NCBI GenBank assembly: GCA_028709215.1 | Contig: JAQVXI010000007.1 | Span: 513 to 64,512 of the forward strand | Source of the DNA: Bacteroidales bacterium | Lineage (GTDB): Bacteria; Bacteroidota; Bacteroidia; Bacteroidales; UBA1402 | Reading direction: 5' to 3' | Length of the DNA: 64,000 bases | Shown here: in pieces, positions 59,481 through 64,000 of the stretch | Layout: every line of letters begins with the position of its first letter | Position numbering within the stretch: position 1 is the first letter of the stretch | Position numbers and translations under genes: made by a program | The notes under the pieces: generated by a model | Database searches by the model: none | What the model saw: only the letters and a program-made list of their open reading frames with translations | What the model was told of the DNA's origin: nothing

Positions 59481-61963
59481 ACGGCTCGACTCCAATCGGT
59501 ATCTAAACAAATTTGATCCAATACAATGTCGTCATCAATGGCTTTGATGATCAACTCCTGTATACCTTGCTTCGCCAGTGCTACCTCCGTAGACCAAACG
59601 GACTGATTGCGCAATACACGCATTTTCCAAGCCTCACTGCGTCCATAAGTACGGTTATTTACTACGTAGGGGGCACCGTTGTTCAACCGTACCTCATAAC
59701 GCAAATCCCCGTTATCCACGGCATGATTGGGCAAAGCATGCACCGATAAACGAACTTTCCCGGAAAAAGGAGTCGCTATTTGTATCTGGAGCGAGTCACC
59801 TTTTCTCAAATGAACCACCGATCCCGAATGCCCAAGGAAAGGCATGACACGCTGCCCCTTCGCAAAATCAGCCGCTGCGATCGTCACGTAATGGGCCGAC
59901 GTTGCCTTTCGAAGTACAACGCGGGTCGAATGCAAAGCCTTTGGTTCCAGCTGTTCCATCCCCTCTGGCAGTACGGGAGGTGAAAAGACGTTCAAACTGC
60001 GCGGATTGGCCGACATCATACGATTCCATTTACCCGCTGCCATCTCTGTATTGTAATAGGCTGTCAGTCGCTCAATTTCAGCAAACGCAGCCAAACCGGC
60101 CGAAGCATATTGTTTTGCCTCTTCCAATTGCCCATTCGCAGCCATTTGTCGAGAAAGTTGGGCATACATCAGTTTTTGATTCAATTGCGAACTCCCGTAA
60201 ACCGGATAACCCACCAGTTGAAAAAAGGCATCCCGTAGGCGTGCAGGCATCTTTTCCTCCATCTGACGGGTCCTTCGTTCCATTTGAACGTATGCACCCA
60301 AGCGCGCCTGCATTTCATCAAGACTCATATCGGAATCCATCACCGGTGTACGGCCTCTGGGGTAGCCGGACTCTTCAACACGGGACCAGGCCATATGCTC
60401 CGGCTTGCGTTGAAAAGCCAAATGATAATAATCCGTCATAATTTCTGTAAGATCCTTGGCATACAAGGACCCGAACTGTTCGGTAAAAAATTGCAGCATG
60501 TGGCGAGCAGGATTCTCCAACCAGGAAACTGCCTTTGGCTTTTCCATATTCCAGGCAAGATCCAGGAACCATTCCGTCAAATACTCAGCCGGCTTGATAT
60601 CCCCTACGTTTAAAATCCACATATCCCGGGACTGCTGACGCCATGCGCGCTCCATTTCCCATCCGATGAGTGCCGGCGGTGTACTCGCCAACCAAAGATA
60701 ATCGTGGGGACGTCCCCAATACGACGCATGATAATAGACCCCACCACCACCGGACCTTGCGCTTTCGTGTTCACCACCCAAACGTGAGATATACCCGTAA
60801 TTGTCGTCGCACCAAATAAGAGTTACGTCTTCGGGAACATCCAATCCTTTTAAGTAGACATCAAGCACCTCTTTATAGGGTATAAAAGCTTGCGGGATCT
60901 CTTCTAAAGGTTTTGACAAGGTTGAATCCAACATGGATCGTTGTGCAGCAATGATCTTCTGCAACCAAAAATGCTGTTCGTCCAAGGTTTTGGCTCCTTG
61001 CATCTTGCCATCGTGTTCGCCCCGCATGCCCAACGTATAAATGCCATTCAGCTGCTTTGTCTCATCCAAGCGTTTCTGCCAATGCTTCCGGATGGAAGCA
61101 TCGTTGGTTAAATAATTATAGGGGCCTTGCTCCTTGGCGTCCCATTCTCCAGCAATGTTGCACAAAAGTGGTTCGCAATGGGATGTTCCAATAAAAATGG
61201 AATACCGCTCTGCCATTTCCCGATTGCCGGGTACATAGAAAAAAGGAATGGTACACTCATGCATGGCCGGCCATATGGTATTGGCCCGCAAACGCAGCAA
61301 CAACTGAAAAATCCGTTCGTAGGCTTTGGGGCCGATCGTGCCCTTCGGGCTTCCCGGCTCAACGGTTTGATTGGCCCATGGCATAAGCGCCCAATCTTCG
61401 TCGTTCAAAAAGATACCCCGATAGCGAACGGATGGGCCATCCAACAACTCAAATGGAGCCGGAAGTCGTATGTCGTCCTTCCTTTCAGGCAAGACGTCGG
61501 CCCACCAAACCAACGGAGAAACACCCATCAGACGGGAGACTTCCAACAATCCGTACGAAGCACCACGTCCGTCGCTTCCCAAGACCAACAAAACGGGTTG
61601 TTTCCCTCTTAAGACCGATCGGATCAGGAACGTTTCGTGTTTGTCCCGGAGCCCCGAAACATCCTGCTTCCATTCTTTTGAGAAGCGATTCAAGGCATCT
61701 GGACTACTCAATACCTCTACCCAAATCAACGGTGAATTTTTTTTGAACAAAGGCTTCGTTAAAACCGGCATATCCTGTCCGCTGACTTGCTTGAAATCCT
61801 CCAAAAACAAATTCATAACCGCAGGCAACGGGTTCACCGCCTCCGATGCACAGTGCAACGAAGCGACTTTACCTTGATGAAGCAAAGGGAAACCGGATTC
61901 TATCGCCATTAATGGCAAGGATAAAAAACCAATCAGCAACAATAAGCAACGGGCAATTTTCAT
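59390..61963 (-). CDS. Glycoside hydrolase family 115 (alpha-glucuronidase)
   Basis: Start at MKIARCLLLLIGFLSLPLMA (signal peptide). Motifs YRGIFLNDEDWALMPW, ANTIWPAMH, GTSHCEPLLCN, GMRGEHDGKMQG, LIWCDDNYGYI and GGGVYYHASYWGRPHDYLWL. Confidence 0.85.
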   Translation of the reverse strand: MKIARCLLLLIGFLSLPLMAIESGFPLLHQGKVASLHCASEAVNPLPAVMNLFLEDFKQVSGQDMPVLTKPLFKKNSPLIWVEVLSSPDALNRFSKEWKQDVSGLRDKHETFLIRSVLRGKQPVLLVLGSDGRGASYGLLEVSRLMGVSPLVWWADVLPERKDDIRLPAPFELLDGPSVRYRGIFLNDEDWALMPWANQTVEPGSPKGTIGPKAYERIFQLLLRLRANTIWPAMHECTIPFFYVPGNREMAERYSIFIGTSHCEPLLCNIAGEWDAKEQGPYNYLTNDASIRKHWQKRLDETKQLNGIYTLGMRGEHDGKMQGAKTLDEQHFWLQKIIAAQRSMLDSTLSKPLEEIPQAFIPYKEVLDVYLKGLDVPEDVTLIWCDDNYGYISRLGGEHESARSGGGGVYYHASYWGRPHDYLWLASTPPALIGWEMERAWRQQSRDMWILNVGDIKPAEYLTEWFLDLAWNMEKPKAVSWLENPARHMLQFFTEQFGSLYAKDLTEIMTDYYHLAFQRKPEHMAWSRVEESGYPRGRTPVMDSDMSLDEMQARLGAYVQMERRTRQMEEKMPARLRDAFFQLVGYPVYGSSQLNQKLMYAQLSRQMAANGQLEEAKQYASAGLAAFAEIERLTAYYNTEMAAGKWNRMMSANPRSLNVFSPPVLPEGMEQLEPKALHSTRVVLRKATSAHYVTIAAADFAKGQRVMPFLGHSGSVVHLRKGDSLQIQIATPFSGKVRLSVHALPNHAVDNGDLRYEVRLNNGAPYVVNNRTYGRSEAWKMRVLRNQSVWSTEVALAKQGIQELIIKAIDDDIVLDQICLDTDWSRAVYLLPGTPVSVSEKISSMTSKDLISGKSTK

Positions 61964-61982
61964 AATGCACAAAGTTTGTTGA

Positions 61983-61990
61983 CAAATGTA
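61983..61990 (-). promoter_or_regulatory. Bacteroidota -7 promoter box (TAcaTTTG) for the GH115 gene
   Basis: Minus strand reads TACATTTG, 20 nt upstream of the ATG at 61963. Confidence 0.4.
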
Positions 61991-62017
61991 CAGAATGATA
62001 CACACTTTTGCAACGTT

Positions 62018-63337
62018 TTAAAGTCCGCTGCACACAACATCGTCAAACAATAAGGAAGGTAACTGATAGGCTGAATTTTGTCTTGGATCGTTGCCCAATG
62101 CAACCAGATTCTTCCAAAGGCTTCGCATGTTTCCCGTAATATTCATTTCTGAAATGGCTTGCACCACCTTACCCTGCTCGATTCGAAACCCTTCAATGCC
62201 ATAAGAGAAATCACCGGAAGTGCTGTTGGTATTTCCTCCGTTAAAACCCGTAACCCAAATCCCGTGTGACAGGGAAGACAGCAACGCTTCAAAAGATTGA
62301 GAACCGGGCTCAAAAACCAACCGGGAAGGACTACTAATGGAAACCGGCATCTCCAGCTTTTCAGAGGCATACGTGTCAATAAAATAGGTAGACAATACCC
62401 CTTTATCCACGACAAAACGTGCTTGAGTCGCCACTCCTTCCAGATCAAAAAAGCGAGAGCCAAAACACCGAGGCGTATGCGGAACATCCCGAACAGTCAG
62501 TTTTTCTGAAAAGACCGATGTATGTAAGCTGTCCCGTAAAAAGGAATTGTTCTGATGTAAGGCCGAACCAAATAAAGCGGACAAGATGGGTGAAAAGAGT
62601 TGCGCAGCAACCCGATTGTCAACCAGAATCGGAAAACGACCGGAGGCCATTTTTCGTTGACCTATTTTTGCCAGTGCCCGTTCAAGCGCTTTTTTTCCGA
62701 TACCCTCTTTGCGAACATCCATTCGATACAACGCTTGATCAAAGTCATAATCCTCCGGCCTGGCATCCCCCTCGCCCTTGACGGTTACAGCCACCGATAA
62801 GGCATGAAAACTAACGCTGGACAATCCCTCAAAACCTTGACTATCGATCAAAAACCTCGAACTGATGCCATCGTTCCAATTGGCTTGAACCGACAAAACA
62901 CGCGCATCCGTACCGTACACCTCGGAGGCTGCAGCCTGAGCAAAGCTCAACCGCTCCTGCATCGTCAACGCTTCATAATCAGGATCTGTCAATTCCAAAT
63001 CCGGCAAATTCGATGCTGCATACAACGACGGATCCGGTAAATGCCGTGCACGATCTTCTTCCAAGTGACGAACGGAAGCCACCGCATTTTGCAAAAAGGG
63101 TTCCAATGAAACTCGATCCATTCGATTGGTCGAAAAAGAACCATACCGTCCATCGACAAATAAATGAAACAACAACTGCTGCTCCGTTGCTTGTTGCAGC
63201 GTATCCAAATGCTCGCCACGTACCTCCAATTCAGTATCGGACCCGGCATAAACCATGACCCGACTCGCCTGACAGCCCAAAAACTTGGCTCGCTTCAACA
63301 CCCACTGTGCAGTATCCTTATGTGCTTGTGTTATCAT
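62018..63337 (-). CDS. pmbA: PmbA/TldE metalloprotease partner subunit
   Basis: 439 aa from MITQAHKDTAQWVLKRAK. PmbA/TldD-family fold signature. Starts 1 nt after the tldD stop. Confidence 0.8.
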   Translation of the reverse strand: MITQAHKDTAQWVLKRAKFLGCQASRVMVYAGSDTELEVRGEHLDTLQQATEQQLLFHLFVDGRYGSFSTNRMDRVSLEPFLQNAVASVRHLEEDRARHLPDPSLYAASNLPDLELTDPDYEALTMQERLSFAQAAASEVYGTDARVLSVQANWNDGISSRFLIDSQGFEGLSSVSFHALSVAVTVKGEGDARPEDYDFDQALYRMDVRKEGIGKKALERALAKIGQRKMASGRFPILVDNRVAAQLFSPILSALFGSALHQNNSFLRDSLHTSVFSEKLTVRDVPHTPRCFGSRFFDLEGVATQARFVVDKGVLSTYFIDTYASEKLEMPVSISSPSRLVFEPGSQSFEALLSSLSHGIWVTGFNGGNTNSTSGDFSYGIEGFRIEQGKVVQAISEMNITGNMRSLWKNLVALGNDPRQNSAYQLPSLLFDDVVCSGL

Positions 63338-63338
63338 C

Positions 63339-64000
63339 TTATTCCCCTCCAACAATCAACGTTTTTACCAAGGCCGACGGCATCCCACACGTGACCGGGC
63401 AACTTTGTCCTTCCTTACCACAAGTCCACGTGCCGTTGTCCAACTCAAAATTGGAGCCTACAGCCAGCACATCGGCCAAGGCCGCCGGTCCGTTTCCAAT
63501 AATATTAATATCCCGAATGGGCTCTTTGAACTGTCCATTCTCGATGCGATAGCCCAGCTTGACATAAAACGTAAAATCACCGGCTCCGATTTGTACCTGC
63601 CCGTTGGTAAAGGAATGTACATACACCCCATTTTTGACCGATGCGATCAAATCCTGTTCGGTCGTTTGACCTGCTTCCATATAGGTGGCCCGCATTCTGG
63701 GCATGGGGATGTTTCGAAAGGAAGCACGACGTCCGTTGCCCGTGGGATCCACTCCGTAATGCCTTGCGCTGATGCGGTCGTGCAAATAGGAAGTCAACAC
63801 CCCCTCACGCACCAAATACGTCTTTTGTCCGGGGACACCCTCGTCATCCATGCTGACCGCTCCCCGATTGGACATCACGGTCCCATCATCCACCACATTG
63901 ACAAACGATGGACAGATTTTTTGATGCAACCTGTCGGAAAAAATCGAAGTGCCTTTTCGGTTGAAATCGGCTTCAAAAGCATGACCAATGGCCTCGTGCA
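63339..64000 (-). CDS. tldD: TldD metalloprotease, C-terminal ~220 aa; the N-terminus lies beyond the right window edge
   Basis: The frame is open from base 64000. Hand translation gives HEAIGHAFEADFNRKGTSIFSDRLHQKICPSF... with the HExxxH zinc motif at 63981-63998. The rest matches the 196-aa ORF in the track. Confidence 0.85.
   Translation of the reverse strand, partial: HEAIGHAFEADFNRKGTSIFSDRLHQKICPSFVNVVDDGTVMSNRGAVSMDDEGVPGQKTYLVREGVLTSYLHDRISARHYGVDPTGNGRRASFRNIPMPRMRATYMEAGQTTEQDLIASVKNGVYVHSFTNGQVQIGAGDFTFYVKLGYRIENGQFKEPIRDINIIGNGPAALADVLAVGSNFELDNGTWTCGKEGQSCPVTCGMPSALVKTLIVGGE

Overview
This is a dense, almost fully coding chromosomal segment that looks like Bacteroidota. Supporting evidence: a SusC/SusD pair, a hybrid two-component regulator with an AraC tail, type IX secretion C-terminal domains, a recurring TAnnTTTG -7 promoter box, and no Shine-Dalgarno-like leaders. 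I saw no rRNA, CRISPR array, transposase, integrase or phage genes.

Layout:
- 1-14.4 kb: a pectin-type CAZyme island (GH95, truncated by the left edge and absent from the ORF track; GH28; GH3 with PA14; HTCS regulator; GH105; PL1-like lyase).
- 14.4-20.6 kb: a giant secreted LTD/CotH protein followed by an OmpR-type response regulator, a histidine kinase and a YgiW-type OB-fold protein.
- 20.7-27 kb: YeiH-type membrane protein with a LysR regulator, a patatin-like lipase, and a 1203-aa secreted protein of unknown family.
- 27.1-32.4 kb: a tightly coupled five-gene operon (small S-component-like membrane protein, mini phosphoribosyltransferase, Tat-exported DUF362 protein, NapH/NapG-like fused polyferredoxin, TonB-dependent receptor), followed directly by malQ. 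I consider this the best candidate for an undescribed system.
- 35-40.6 kb: metH, kdsA and kdsD.
- 40.8-47.7 kb: an orphan SusC/SusD/beta-helix lipoprotein trio.
- 47.8-64 kb: gyrB, rpsT, tRNA-Glu, S41 protease, PfkB kinase, two tandem tRNA-Asn, NUDIX, a 1003-aa TPR protein, a 603-aa outer-membrane barrel, recO, GH115, and pmbA/tldD (tldD runs off the right edge).

All family calls come from reading motifs in the translations by eye. No database search was run, so family names should be confirmed with HMM searches. Several starts were moved downstream of the longest-ORF starts, based on signal peptides, neighbour overlaps and promoter boxes.
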